Positions 1 to 9,908 of a stretch of DNA of 64,000 bases are shown in pieces. The translations under genes and the position numbers were made by a program. This DNA is from Candidatus Latescibacterota bacterium (GTDB lineage Bacteria > Latescibacterota > UBA2968 > UBA8231): positions 3,264,001-3,328,000 of the forward strand of contig CBDCDC010000002.1 in the NCBI GenBank assembly GCA_965215195.1. Reading direction: 5' to 3'. Position 1 is the first letter of the stretch; each line of letters opens with the position of its first letter. Below the pieces are notes generated by a model. That model was given only the letters and a program-made list of their open reading frames with translations. It had not been told where the DNA came from and did not search any database.

Positions 1-8
1 CAGGCTCG

Positions 9-2165
9 TTGCGGCCGGTGCGCATCGGCAAAGACATTGACCCGCTCTCTGAGGCTGCTGTTCGCCGGGCTGGAGCGGCGCAATCTACGGCTGCCCGCGC
101 CTTTGACGGCGACCTCGCCACTAGCTGGAGTCCACCGCCGGGGACAGCTCCAAAGGACTGGTGGCTCGAGATCGACTTGGGACAGGTGTTCCCAGTCCAA
201 CAGATTCGCCTGCGTTTTGCCGACAGCGCACCGCCTTTGCCCTTTTTTAACCTCTCGCTCTCCAAGGGCGAGCGCTTTATCAACAGCGCCAATGTCGTAG
301 TCGAAGGCACCCTAATCTACAGCCACAGCAGGCGCTTCGCCTTCAACGAGATGCGCGACGTGACGATCGACCTCGACGACGAGCTCGTCCAAGTCCTCCG
401 CATCGAGGCCACCCGCGAAATGATGGGTGCGCCCGCGCTCGCCGAAATCCAAATCAGGGCCTTTGGCGACAATATCGCCTTTGACCTGATTGCCAAAGGC
501 GGCACCGTCGACGTCGAAGCCGCCATCGTCGCCGTGGCCGGCGTTCCTTCCGTCATGTTCGACGGCGACCTCTCGACCATGTGGCGCGTCAACCCCCTCG
601 CCAAAGGCTCCAGCGGCGGCAGCGAGACCTTCGGCGACTACCGCATTGATCTAGGGGCCACCTACTGGATCGATTCGGTCTGGCTCTTGGGAGAGCCGCT
701 GGGCATTCCGCCGCGGGTGAGGCATTACTACGCCAACTTCCTCTCCTATAAGATGCAGTACTCCGACGGTTCGCTGGCACCCGACGGCTCGCTGGCTTGG
801 CAGGCGTTGGCCTCCATTCCCCCTGACCCTCGCAACTTCTTCGACGTGCGCAATTTTCGCCACGATGTTCCCCTAATCGCCGCCCGCTACCTGCGCTTGA
901 TCTACCCCACTAGTCAAGGCGGCAACATCATCGGCGGCGGCCTGTCGGGCAGCGACTTTGACAACACGGGCCGCTTGGATGGGCTGGGTCTAGTCAGCGA
1001 GTTCCAAGTGTACGGCGAGGGGTATCCAGCCCACGTCGCGCTCCGCTCACCCGTCATTGACCTCGGGACCAATTGGAATATCACGGCAATTGAGTCGGCA
1101 ATTGACGCGCCACCCGGGGCCACATTCGCCTTGCGCAGCCGCACCGGCGACCGCGTCGTCGAGGAAATGCGCTATTTCGACAAAAATGGCAAAGAGATTA
1201 CCAAAAGGCGCTACGAAAAGCTGATCGCCTCGTTTCGCGGCCCCATTGAAACCACGCTCCAACCGGGCGATGGCTGGAGCGTGTGGAGCGAGGAATACCT
1301 CCATACGGGCACCCGCTTCCGCTCGCCTTCGCCCCGGCGCTACGTCCAGCTCAAAGCCGAGCTGCGCACCGACAATCCGCAGGCCGGCATTGCCCTCGCC
1401 GCGCTGAGCTTGATCTACTCCCGTCCTTTGGCGCACACCGCCGTTGGCGAAATCCACCCCGCGCGCGTTGAGCCGGGCGAGCAAACCGACTTCACGTACT
1501 TCCTCCGCCCAGAATTCGCCCGCGACAGCCAAGGCTTTGAGGCCATTGCCCTCGAAGCCTCGGTGCCCATTTCGTTCCGCGCCCTGCAAATCGACGGCGC
1601 GGCAGTCAACGCCGAGGTGGAAACGACGAATGCGGGCCTCCGCTTGCACTTGCCCAAGCGAATCGCGGCCGCCGAGCGCGTCGAGCTAGGTTTCGCGGCT
1701 ACCGTCTTCCAGAACAACACCCGCTTTCGCGCCTTCTTAGAGCGCACAAACGGGCCTGACACCCTGCGCCAGCAGGTCGACCCAGGCGACGCCGTCCCCG
1801 ATTTAGCGGGAGCCGGCGATGCGGTCTCGCTGCCCATTAACGAGAGCTTACTCGCACGCCTAGACATGGGCGCGGGAGTTTTTACTCCCAACGGCGACGG
1901 CGTCAACGACGCGCTCGCCATCTCTTTCGACGTGCTCAAGGTCCTAGACGCCCGCCCCATCAAAGCCCGCATCTACGACCTGCGCGGCCGGCTAGTCCGC
2001 ACGCTACGAGACGCCGCCGGCGTGGCCGGCCACTACCAGCTAACTTGGGACGGCCGCCGCGACGCCGGTGCTATGGCCCGGCCCGGCCTCTACCTCTTCC
2101 GCTTGCAGATCGCCGGCGACTCCGCCACCCGCACCTTAATCCGCAGCATCGGCCTGAGCTACTGA
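9..2165 (+). CDS. Secreted-type protein with discoidin/F5-8C-like domains and C-terminal FlgD-Ig/T9SS type B-like domain (5' probably truncated by window edge)
   Basis: AFDGDLATSW...WWLEIDLG discoidin-like motifs; C-terminal FTPNGDGVND...YDLRGRLVRTL...WDGR...PGLY; paralogous to 25603, 27773 and 31498 genes; no signal peptide visible, so the true start is likely upstream. Confidence 0.75.
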   Translation: MRPVRIGKDIDPLSEAAVRRAGAAQSTAARAFDGDLATSWSPPPGTAPKDWWLEIDLGQVFPVQQIRLRFADSAPPLPFFNLSLSKGERFINSANVVVEGTLIYSHSRRFAFNEMRDVTIDLDDELVQVLRIEATREMMGAPALAEIQIRAFGDNIAFDLIAKGGTVDVEAAIVAVAGVPSVMFDGDLSTMWRVNPLAKGSSGGSETFGDYRIDLGATYWIDSVWLLGEPLGIPPRVRHYYANFLSYKMQYSDGSLAPDGSLAWQALASIPPDPRNFFDVRNFRHDVPLIAARYLRLIYPTSQGGNIIGGGLSGSDFDNTGRLDGLGLVSEFQVYGEGYPAHVALRSPVIDLGTNWNITAIESAIDAPPGATFALRSRTGDRVVEEMRYFDKNGKEITKRRYEKLIASFRGPIETTLQPGDGWSVWSEEYLHTGTRFRSPSPRRYVQLKAELRTDNPQAGIALAALSLIYSRPLAHTAVGEIHPARVEPGEQTDFTYFLRPEFARDSQGFEAIALEASVPISFRALQIDGAAVNAEVETTNAGLRLHLPKRIAAAERVELGFAATVFQNNTRFRAFLERTNGPDTLRQQVDPGDAVPDLAGAGDAVSLPINESLLARLDMGAGVFTPNGDGVNDALAISFDVLKVLDARPIKARIYDLRGRLVRTLRDAAGVAGHYQLTWDGRRDAGAMARPGLYLFRLQIAGDSATRTLIRSIGLSY

Positions 2166-2265
2166 GCCGCTTCGCGTGGACGGGCCAAAAAAGACTACGG
2201 GCATTGTCTATCTAGCAAAAAGAACAGGGCTTCGTCTATATTGGCACGGCTGGGCCAGAAGCACT

Positions 2266-2303
2266 AAAAAGAGGTGATGCGAACCGATAAATCCGATTAC
2301 CTC
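2266..2303 (-). terminator. Probable intrinsic terminator of the 2312-2974 gene
   Basis: Minus strand GAGGTAAT...ATCACCTC imperfect stem followed by TTTTT just after the stop codon. Confidence 0.45.
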
Positions 2304-2311
2304 AACCGTTG

Positions 2312-2974
2312 TTAGAAGTGAAAGAGCGCGATCAGACGCATGGAGGGAATGAGAAGGGAAAACGTGTTGTCCAAGACTTTTACGATTGTCGGCTCATCTC
2401 GTGGGGAGTTGGATAAGGCCGCAGTGCCAACATCTTCTTGTTTGAATTCAAGCGCGATACCCTGCCGAAGAGATAAGCTGACGCGCTGCCAAGGGAACCA
2501 TGCCACGCCGAAACCAAGACCCACGCCAGCAGACCAGTTTATTTTGCCTCTCTGTATAGGTTCGTCTCTTTGTGGAAATTTCAAATAGCTGAAATTCCCA
2601 TAGAGGGTCTGATACCAGAACGGGGCCACGGTCCTGCGCACTGGACTAAACCGCTTGATTGTCAGGGTAGGACGGAGACCGATTCTTAAGCGATCATCAA
2701 GAGGGTAATAGGTGACGCCATCGCGAACTTCAGGGGGACGAACTGGGCCGCTCACTCGCGAAGCACTAACGTGGGAAAAGTCCATCTCGAAACCCCACAT
2801 CGTCTTAGAGCGGACGCGCCAGATGCTTATGCCTTTAGAGCCGCTAGACGGAAGGGGCAGGCCGAGGGCAGTCTTGCCGCGGTCGCTCAGAGGGCCTTCT
2901 TCCTCAGCGACCGCGGTGTTGCAAAGCAGGGCAATCGATAGAAGGGCCGCTAGGGGATGAGGACGCGGGCGCAT
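2312..2974 (-). CDS. Hypothetical exported protein, probable small outer-membrane beta-barrel
   Basis: Signal peptide (LAALLSIALLCNTAVA), amphipathic strands (AGVGLGFGVAWFPWQRVSLSLRQ), C-terminal Phe (LIALFHF); visibly lower GC than flanks. Confidence 0.55.
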   Translation of the reverse strand: MRPRPHPLAALLSIALLCNTAVAEEEGPLSDRGKTALGLPLPSSGSKGISIWRVRSKTMWGFEMDFSHVSASRVSGPVRPPEVRDGVTYYPLDDRLRIGLRPTLTIKRFSPVRRTVAPFWYQTLYGNFSYLKFPQRDEPIQRGKINWSAGVGLGFGVAWFPWQRVSLSLRQGIALEFKQEDVGTAALSNSPRDEPTIVKVLDNTFSLLIPSMRLIALFHF

Positions 2975-3166
2975 GGTGGATAATAGTATGAAACAGAGTA
3001 ATAATTGGTTATGCTGCCAAGTGTGTCAGTTGAGTCAGCGGTCGAAGAATAGTTTTCATGACACTCAGTAGCATCCTCTGCATTATCGTCACAGTTTGTT
3101 CAATGCCCGCGGCGTTGGGGCTTATATAAGGAATTTTTCCATGCAAAACAAAAAAATAGAGCTCAC

Positions 3167-3508
3167 CTAAAGGCGGGGGCGATCCTCGGCTTGGCCCAGC
3201 AGCCGCTCGCTAAACAGCGTCCGCGCCAAGGCGCGCACGTCCCGCTCACCTGCCCAATGGGTCTGCCCCACCGACACCAACACCACCTCAACCTCCCCAA
3301 GCACCACCCGATAGACGATGCGGAACCAGCCACCCGGCGGGCGCAGGCAGCGATAGCCCTTTAGTTCGCCGACCAAGGGCCAGCCCTGTTCCTCGGGGTC
3401 AATTGCCAGCCCGGTGATGTATTGGTCTACTTGCTCGGCGATCCGCCGGTTGAGCACGCCTTGCAGCGACTCTAAGGCACTCTGCGCCAAGACGGCTCTA
3501 AACGTCAT
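3167..3508 (-). CDS. Type II toxin, RelE/ParE family
   Basis: 113 aa from ATG 3508 (ATGA overlap with antitoxin stop); QGWPLVGELKGYRCLR...FRIVYRV RelE-like motif. Confidence 0.8.
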   Translation of the reverse strand: MTFRAVLAQSALESLQGVLNRRIAEQVDQYITGLAIDPEEQGWPLVGELKGYRCLRPPGGWFRIVYRVVLGEVEVVLVSVGQTHWAGERDVRALARTLFSERLLGQAEDRPRL

Positions 3509-3762
3509 TGTACCTCCCAAACGGTGCGCTCGCCCGCCTCGATCTGGCGGATGCCTTCGCGCAACGCGGCGCACTGGGCCTCGTCCCCGAGCACCTCTAA
3601 AGTTTCGACAATGCCCTCGTAAAGCGACCACGGCATCAGCGCGAGCACTGGCTGGCCGCGGCGCGTTACGGCGAGGGCACTCGCTTCCGGTTCGGCCGCG
3701 AAGCGATCGGGTAATTGATTCAGGATTTTGCGAGCTTGGGCAATGGGCATGGATTGGATCAT
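3505..3762 (-). CDS. Type II antitoxin, Phd/YefM family
   Basis: 85 aa; MPIAQARKILNQL...VTRRGQPVLALMPWSLYEGIVETLEVL pattern; directly upstream of the RelE-like gene. Confidence 0.85.
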   Translation of the reverse strand: MIQSMPIAQARKILNQLPDRFAAEPEASALAVTRRGQPVLALMPWSLYEGIVETLEVLGDEAQCAALREGIRQIEAGERTVWEVQ

Positions 3763-3770
3763 ATTTCCTC

Positions 3771-3804
3771 TCTTGTACTGTATATGGTACTAAGATAAGT
3801 ACTC
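3771..3804. promoter_or_regulatory. Probable TA autoregulatory operator
   Basis: GTAC cores at 3775, 3787 and 3799 (exact 12-bp period), first two within the imperfect inverted repeat TCTTGTAC...GTACTAAGA; resembles the TGTACA-core operators of yefM-yoeB. Confidence 0.6.
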
Positions 3805-4099
3805 TAAGTGGCGATTTGGATGGCCCATAATTGTAGCATATTTCCTTGAATTCGCAAGAGAGTGGAAATTGCCAATGAGTAAGCTGTTGATAATACTCTA
3901 TATATGCGAAGTTAAAAAAAGGCCCGTAATTATATGTACATCTAAAGAGACGAGAAAGCGTACTTTAATGCAAAGCTAAATTTTCAACTAGACGCGACGA
4001 GATACCGGCTGCGATTTGCTGCGGTGCGAGTCGCTTTTTTGGCTGCAATAATAGCGCCTTTACTTCCCCTTCCCTTTTCCCGCGCTTATATTTCCGCGC

Positions 4100-4975
4100 A
4101 TGTCCCACGGCGAATTCATCCGGCCCTTTCCCGCGCTCACCCCGGCCCAGCGCTATCACCTCGAAGTCTATGGCTATGTGGTGATTGAAAACGCGCTTGA
4201 GCAAGACCTGACGGATCGCCTGCTAGAGGCCATGCTCCGGCTCAAGCGCGATCTCCTGTCCGCTACAGACCCGGCCAAGGCCCGCGTCCGCAACTGCCGT
4301 CTCTCCGCCTATCGGCCTCACTACCTGCACTTTGCCCACATCCTCGAAGCCGATCCCGCGATCTTTTCCTACCTGACTCATCCGCGCTTAGTCGGCATGG
4401 CCGAGGAACTGGTCGGCGGCAGCGTGCGCCTCGAAGAATCCGAAGCCGTCGTCAACGAGCGAGATCCGGAGATTGACCTCGCCACCGCGCCGCGCTACGG
4501 CTTCCACACCGGCACCGCCCCAGACGTGGGCACGTACGTCGAAAACGGCCTCTACCACTGCACCTTTGTCAAAACCCTGACCAACCTCACCGAGCTAGGC
4601 CCGGACGACGGCGGCACTGTGGTCATCGCCGGCAGCCACAAAATCAAAAGCGACCGCGAGGCCATCATCGCCGCGGCCTACGAGGACCCCGCGCTGATCC
4701 ACCAAGTGGTCGCGCCGGCTGGATCAACTCTGCTCTTTGGCGAGGCCCTGATCCACGCCTCCGGCCAGCTCCGCTCCGACCGCGAGCGCGTCATCGTCAT
4801 CGGCGGCTATACCCCGCCCATGTTCCAAGCCTGGAATGGCCAAGAGCCGAGCGCTGAATTTATCGCCCAAACGCCCGACCCCCTCAAGCCGCTCATTTCC
4901 GGCAGCGACAAGTGGCACTGGCAGCAGCGCCGTCGCCGCCTCGGCGACTCGGCTGAGCTCGCCGACGCCTCGTGA
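4100..4975 (+). CDS. Phytanoyl-CoA dioxygenase (PhyH) family protein
   Basis: LTPAQRYHLEVYGYVVIENAL, DGGTVVIAGSH, APAGSTLLFGEALIH motifs. Confidence 0.85.
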   Translation: MSHGEFIRPFPALTPAQRYHLEVYGYVVIENALEQDLTDRLLEAMLRLKRDLLSATDPAKARVRNCRLSAYRPHYLHFAHILEADPAIFSYLTHPRLVGMAEELVGGSVRLEESEAVVNERDPEIDLATAPRYGFHTGTAPDVGTYVENGLYHCTFVKTLTNLTELGPDDGGTVVIAGSHKIKSDREAIIAAAYEDPALIHQVVAPAGSTLLFGEALIHASGQLRSDRERVIVIGGYTPPMFQAWNGQEPSAEFIAQTPDPLKPLISGSDKWHWQQRRRRLGDSAELADAS

Positions 4976-5970
4976 TCCAGCTAGCGCACCCATACCTATT
5001 GTTCCTCGGCGATGCTGCCGACCAGCTAGCCGCCAAAACGGCCGCTGGCATCGCTCACTGGCGGCCCGAACGGTGCCTCGGTCAGCTCCGCCTGCCCGAC
5101 TGCCACGCCGACCTCGGGTTGCCCGACCAGACCCTCGCCGAAGCCCGTGCCGCTGGTGCCCGCACCCTCATCATCGGCGTCGTCAATCGCGGCGGCACCA
5201 TCTCCGATCTCTGGCGCGAGACCCTCTTACAGGCCATTGACCTCGGCTACGACCTCGCCAGTGGCCTGCACGCGCACCTTGGCACCATCCCCGGCTTGGC
5301 CGACCGCGTGCGCGCAAAGGGCACTCGCCTCATAGATGCGCGCTTTTCCGACCGCGCTTTTCCCATTGCAACCGGCGTCAAACGCCCGGGCAAACGCCTG
5401 CTCACCGTTGGCACCGACTGCTCGGTCGGCAAGATGTTCACCGCGCTGGCCATCGAGCGCGAGATGCAGGCGCGGGGCATGGCCTGTACCTTCCGCGCCA
5501 CCGGCCAAACCGGCATCTTCATCGCCGGGACGGGCGTTGCCGTTGACGCCGTGGTTTCCGACTTTCTCGCTGGGGCCGTTGAGGTTCTGACCCCGGCCAA
5601 CCACCCCGAGCACTGGGACCTAGTCGAAGGCCAAGGGTCGCTGTTCCACGCCTCCTATGCCGGCGTGTCGCTGGGCCTCATGCACGGTGCCCAGCCCGAC
5701 GCGCTCGTCCTCTGCCACGATCCCAACCGCCCCCACATGCGCGGCCTGCCCGAATACCGGCTGCCCGATCTGCTCAACTGCATTCGCCTCAACGAGCAGT
5801 GCGGTCGGCTCACCAACCCGGCCTGCCGCACCGTTGGCATTGCGGTCAATACCTCGCACTTGCCGGAAAACCGCGCCTCCGAACTGCTCAGCGCCCTAGA
5901 ATGCCAAACTGGTCTGCCCGCAGTCGATCCCCTGCGCCAAGGGGCCGCGCGCTTGGTCGATGCCCTATGA
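4972..5970 (+). CDS. dgcN: D-glutamate N-acetyltransferase DgcN (DUF1611 family)
   Basis: PYLLFLGDA..AAKTA.G, VGTDCSVGKM, RATGQTG, VEGQGSLFH, GAQPDALVLCH; adjacent to DgcA. Confidence 0.85.
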   Translation: MIQLAHPYLLFLGDAADQLAAKTAAGIAHWRPERCLGQLRLPDCHADLGLPDQTLAEARAAGARTLIIGVVNRGGTISDLWRETLLQAIDLGYDLASGLHAHLGTIPGLADRVRAKGTRLIDARFSDRAFPIATGVKRPGKRLLTVGTDCSVGKMFTALAIEREMQARGMACTFRATGQTGIFIAGTGVAVDAVVSDFLAGAVEVLTPANHPEHWDLVEGQGSLFHASYAGVSLGLMHGAQPDALVLCHDPNRPHMRGLPEYRLPDLLNCIRLNEQCGRLTNPACRTVGIAVNTSHLPENRASELLSALECQTGLPAVDPLRQGAARLVDAL

Positions 5971-6947
5971 TCCGCTTCTCCATTCGCGGTGAACGCTTTC
6001 CCCTCGCCGAGACCTTCACCATCTCGCGCGGAGCCAAGACCACCGCCGCCGTCGTCGTCGTCGAGCTGAGCCGCGATGGCTGTGTTGGCCGCGGCGAGTG
6101 CGTCCCGTACCCCCGCTACAACGAAAGCGTAGCCGGGGCCATAGGTGCGCTAGAATCGCTGCGCCCACAGGTAGAAGCCGACCTCGACCGAGCAGCATTG
6201 CAACGCGCGCTGCCGCCCGGCGCAGCCCGCAATGCCTTGGACTGCGCCCTCTGGGACCTAAAAGCCAAACTCAGCGGCCGTCCGGTCTATGAGCTGGCCG
6301 GCCTAGCAGCGCCGCGCCCGCTAGCGACGGCCTACACCCTCTCGCTCAACGACCCAGAGGCCATGGGTCGGGCCGCTGCCCAGCACGCCGATCGCCCTCT
6401 GCTCAAGATCAAACTCGCCGGTCGCGACGACCTCGACCGCGTCGCCGCGATCCGCGCCAACGCCCCCGACTCAACTCTGATCGTCGATGCCAACGAAGGC
6501 TGGTCCCCCGCTCAAGTCGAGCCGCTCTCGGCTGCACTAGCTCGCTTGGGCGTCGCGCTCATCGAACAGCCCCTGCCCGCCGCCCAAGACGCCCTACTCG
6601 CCGAGTTCGAACACCCGATCCCCTTCTGCGCCGATGAATCCTGCCACACCGCCACCGATCTCGCGGAACTGGCCTCCCGCTACGAATGCGTCAACCTCAA
6701 GCTCGACAAGACCGGCGGCTTCAGCGAGGGCCTGCGCTTGGCAGCCGAGGCGCACACGTGCGGATTGGACCTGATGGTCGGCTGCATGATCGCCACTTCG
6801 CTGGCCATGGCACCGGCTGTCCTGTTGGCGCAACAAGCCCGTTTCGTCGATCTCGATGGCCCCTTGCTCCTACAAAAAGATCGGGAGCACGGGCTGCGCT
6901 ACGAAGGCAGCCTCCTCCATCCGCCCGATCCTCAACTCTGGGGATAG
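5967..6947 (+). CDS. dgcA: N-acetyl-D-Glu racemase DgcA / L-Ala-D/L-Glu epimerase (enolase superfamily)
   Basis: ATG 5967 overlaps the dgcN stop; FTISRGAK, GECVPYPRY, LKIKL, VDANEGW, EQP, ADES, KLDKTGG, DLDGP. Confidence 0.85.
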   Translation: MIRFSIRGERFPLAETFTISRGAKTTAAVVVVELSRDGCVGRGECVPYPRYNESVAGAIGALESLRPQVEADLDRAALQRALPPGAARNALDCALWDLKAKLSGRPVYELAGLAAPRPLATAYTLSLNDPEAMGRAAAQHADRPLLKIKLAGRDDLDRVAAIRANAPDSTLIVDANEGWSPAQVEPLSAALARLGVALIEQPLPAAQDALLAEFEHPIPFCADESCHTATDLAELASRYECVNLKLDKTGGFSEGLRLAAEAHTCGLDLMVGCMIATSLAMAPAVLLAQQARFVDLDGPLLLQKDREHGLRYEGSLLHPPDPQLWG

Positions 6948-6999
6948 GCGACTCGCACGTCCGCAAACCTTGCTGGACGCAGGTTCCCCAACGAATCGG

Positions 7000-7953
7000 A
7001 TGAGCAACGCACTTCTATTGTTTGCCCAAGGGCTGGACGAGGCCGCCCTGCAACGCGCCGTACCGCCGCCCATCCGGCCACAGCAGATCGAGCCGTTGGC
7101 ATGGCGTGGCGACGAGTTCTCGTTTGACTTGCCTCCCGCAGCGCTGGAAGGCGCACTAGAAATCCTGCCGTGCCTCTCGGTCGTCCAAAGCGGCGCGTGG
7201 GGCTATCAGTTCGCAGTGGAATGCGAAAACAACCGGGCTGTCCTCAACCCGATCGGCTCGTTTGTCGGAGCCGAAGCGGGCGAGACAAACGAGGCGGTCG
7301 CAGCGGATATCGACCTCCTGCGCATCCGCACCCCTTTGCAAGCGGCCACCCTACACCTGCGCGTCCAAGGCGTTGTCCCCACAGCCCCGGCCTTGCTCTC
7401 GGTCTCGGTGCGCCGCAAGGGTGCCGTGCCCGCTCCGATGCTCGCCAGCCGAGGTACGGCCCTTGCGGTGCCGCCGCAAAGCCAGATGACTCTGCGGCCC
7501 GAGCTGGCTTCCCGCGTCTGCTCGCCGACCAGCGTCGCCATGCTCCTCGCGTACTACGGCCATAGCGCGGACATCTACGACGTGATTGCTGAGGCGCACC
7601 ACCAGCCCAGCGAGCTATATGGCGTGTGGCCGGCCAATATCCACGCCGCCGCCGGCCGGGGCCTCTTGGGCTATCTATTGCACTTTCCCTCTTGGGCGGC
7701 AGCGCACACCCTGCTCGACGCGGGCTTTCCCATTATTGCTTCGGTGCGCTACGAGGTGGGCGAGCTGAGCCGAGCGGCCATTGAGCGGACGGCTGGGCAC
7801 TTGCTGGTCGTGCGGGGTTGCGCCGGGGATACCGTACTGGTCAACGACCCGGCTGCTGCCACCGAGATCGGACGAGCGTACGACCTAGCGGAATTCTGCA
7901 AAATCTGGTTGGAGCGCAGCGCCGTGGGCTACGTGCTCTTTCCGCCGTTATAA
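7000..7953 (+). CDS. Peptidase C39-like family protein
   Basis: VPPQSQM...VCSPTSVAML (Cys), GHLLVVRG (His), VNDPA (Asp). Confidence 0.75.
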   Translation: MSNALLLFAQGLDEAALQRAVPPPIRPQQIEPLAWRGDEFSFDLPPAALEGALEILPCLSVVQSGAWGYQFAVECENNRAVLNPIGSFVGAEAGETNEAVAADIDLLRIRTPLQAATLHLRVQGVVPTAPALLSVSVRRKGAVPAPMLASRGTALAVPPQSQMTLRPELASRVCSPTSVAMLLAYYGHSADIYDVIAEAHHQPSELYGVWPANIHAAAGRGLLGYLLHFPSWAAAHTLLDAGFPIIASVRYEVGELSRAAIERTAGHLLVVRGCAGDTVLVNDPAAATEIGRAYDLAEFCKIWLERSAVGYVLFPPL

Positions 7954-7960
7954 ATGTATT

Positions 7961-8818
7961 ATGGACAAAGCGAACTTCACTTGCATCGTCTTCGGCGAGA
8001 TCCTCTACGACCGCTTCCCCGACCGCACCTGCTTGGGGGGTGCCTCCCTAAACTTCGCTTGGAACCTGCGCCAGCTCGGCTTTCCCGTGGCCATGGTCAG
8101 CGCGGTGGGGCGCGACGAACTAGGGCAGCAGGCGCGGGGCTTTCTCCGGCGCGCCGACATCGATCAGCAATGGGTCGCCGACCGGCCCGAGCCTACGGGC
8201 ACGGTCGATGTATTACTCAACGCTGGGCAGCCCTCCTACACCATCCGCGCTAGCGTAGCCTGGGACTATATCGAAACTAAGCCGGCGTTGAACCGGCCCC
8301 CTGACCTGATCTACTATGGCACGGCCGCGCAACGCAGCCCGGCCAATCGTCCGGGGCTAGAGCACTTGCTGGCAGCCAACCCCCGACATCGGTTTTTCGA
8401 CGTCAACCTGCGCGAGGGCTGCTATACGCCGCAGACCGTGCGCTTTGGTCTCGAAGCGGCGACCATTGTCAAGCTCAACGACGAGGAATGGGAGGCCGTG
8501 CGGGCCATGGCCGCGGTCGCCGCGCCCGCCGACTTGCTCGCCCGCTACGCGCTGGATTGCCTAACGATTACCTTTGGCGGCGACGGTGCCCAACTCCACA
8601 TTCCGGGCACTTCGTTCGCCGCACGGCCGGCACCCGCGTCCGTCGTCGATGCGGTCGGAGCTGGCGACGCTTTCAGCGGGGTTCTGGCCGCCAGCGCCCT
8701 GCTCGGCATTGACCCGCAACAGGCCCTCGACTTAGCTTGCGCCGCCGGTGCCAGCGCAGTGCAGCACCGAGGGGCCCACTGTCCGCTGCCCGAAGCCGTG
8801 AAGGCGGCGTTTGCCTAG
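7961..8818 (+). CDS. PfkB family carbohydrate kinase (fructokinase-like)
   Basis: FGEILYD, GGASLN, SAVGRDELG, FDVNLR, VKLNDEE, DAVGAGDAF. Confidence 0.9.
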   Translation: MDKANFTCIVFGEILYDRFPDRTCLGGASLNFAWNLRQLGFPVAMVSAVGRDELGQQARGFLRRADIDQQWVADRPEPTGTVDVLLNAGQPSYTIRASVAWDYIETKPALNRPPDLIYYGTAAQRSPANRPGLEHLLAANPRHRFFDVNLREGCYTPQTVRFGLEAATIVKLNDEEWEAVRAMAAVAAPADLLARYALDCLTITFGGDGAQLHIPGTSFAARPAPASVVDAVGAGDAFSGVLAASALLGIDPQQALDLACAAGASAVQHRGAHCPLPEAVKAAFA

Positions 8819-8899
8819 AAGTCCCCATAGGGACAGCCCCGACGCTGGTCTAAACAACGGGCGACCACAAAACCACTTATCAGCGAAAGGCTTTGCGCC

Positions 8900-9844
8900 A
8901 TGCAGACTTCCATCCCCCTGTGCGACCCCCACTTCCACCTCTGGGATCTAGCCGAGCGGCCCAATCCCAACCTCGGTTCCGTCATGCCGGCGTACCGGGC
9001 GGCCGATTACGCCCAAGACATGAGCGAACTGCCCCCTGCATTGCGGCGAGTCAGCGGCGTCCACGTCGAAACCGTCGTCGGCCAAGTCGCTGGCGGCGTT
9101 CCCGTCGATACCGTAGAGGAAACCCGCTGGGTGCGCGACCAGCTCGAACCCACTGCGGCCAAACAGCCCTTTGGCATGGTCGCGTACGTGCATCTAAAGC
9201 GCGACATTGCCGCGGCCGAGCGCACCATTGAACAACATCTAGAGGCTGCTGGGGGCCGTCTGCGCGGCGTGCGCATGATCCTCAATCACCATCCCGACAA
9301 TCCCGACCTGACTTGGCCGCAGGTACAAGACGGCGTCTTGCAAAGCAGCCGCTTCCGCGCTGGCTTAGCCCTCCTAGAGCACCACAACCTCGCCTTCGAC
9401 CTCTCCTGCAATCCCCACCAAGTGGCCGACGCGGTCGCGCTTTTCCGCGACTTCCCCAACCTCCGCGTCGTCGTCAACCACCTCGGCTTCCTCCACGACG
9501 GCGAGGACCAAGCGCACGAGGACCTCTGGCGCGAAGGCATGGTTGCGCTGGCCGCATTGCCCAATGTCTATATGAAGCTGTCCATGGCGTGGTTTGCGCG
9601 GGACGCCTTCCACGAGGATGCCGCCAAAGAGGCCAAAATCGCCGCGGTCGTCCAAGAGCTAATCGAACGCTTTGGCTGTAGCCGCTGCATGTTTGCCAGC
9701 AACTATCCCGTCGATAAACTGCGGGGCATTAGCATCGGCTATCTCTACGCCAAGTTCCTCGAGTGGAGCACCGGCTTTTCGGACGACGAGCGCCGGGCGC
9801 TCTTCCACGACTCGGCACTCAGTGCCTATGGGCCGCTTGCGTAA
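8900..9844 (+). CDS. Amidohydrolase 2 family (sugar lactonase-like)
   Basis: DPHFHLWD, RGVRMIL, VVNHLG, YMKLS, RCMFASNYPVD. Confidence 0.85.
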   Translation: MQTSIPLCDPHFHLWDLAERPNPNLGSVMPAYRAADYAQDMSELPPALRRVSGVHVETVVGQVAGGVPVDTVEETRWVRDQLEPTAAKQPFGMVAYVHLKRDIAAAERTIEQHLEAAGGRLRGVRMILNHHPDNPDLTWPQVQDGVLQSSRFRAGLALLEHHNLAFDLSCNPHQVADAVALFRDFPNLRVVVNHLGFLHDGEDQAHEDLWREGMVALAALPNVYMKLSMAWFARDAFHEDAAKEAKIAAVVQELIERFGCSRCMFASNYPVDKLRGISIGYLYAKFLEWSTGFSDDERRALFHDSALSAYGPLA

Positions 9845-9908
9845 TACGCGATGAGCCGTTATAAAAAAGACGAAGAGCGCAGCCGGCGTCTAGATGTCCG
9901 TCTTGAAC

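Noticed and set aside
2255-2320. attC-like site after the barrel gene (TTCTAAC at the stop)
   Set aside because: No matching GTTRRRY core and no integrase; the hairpin is better explained as a terminator.
3994-4040. Hairpin plus T run upstream of PhyH as a riboswitch or attenuator
   Set aside because: Weak, interrupted stem and no recognisable aptamer.
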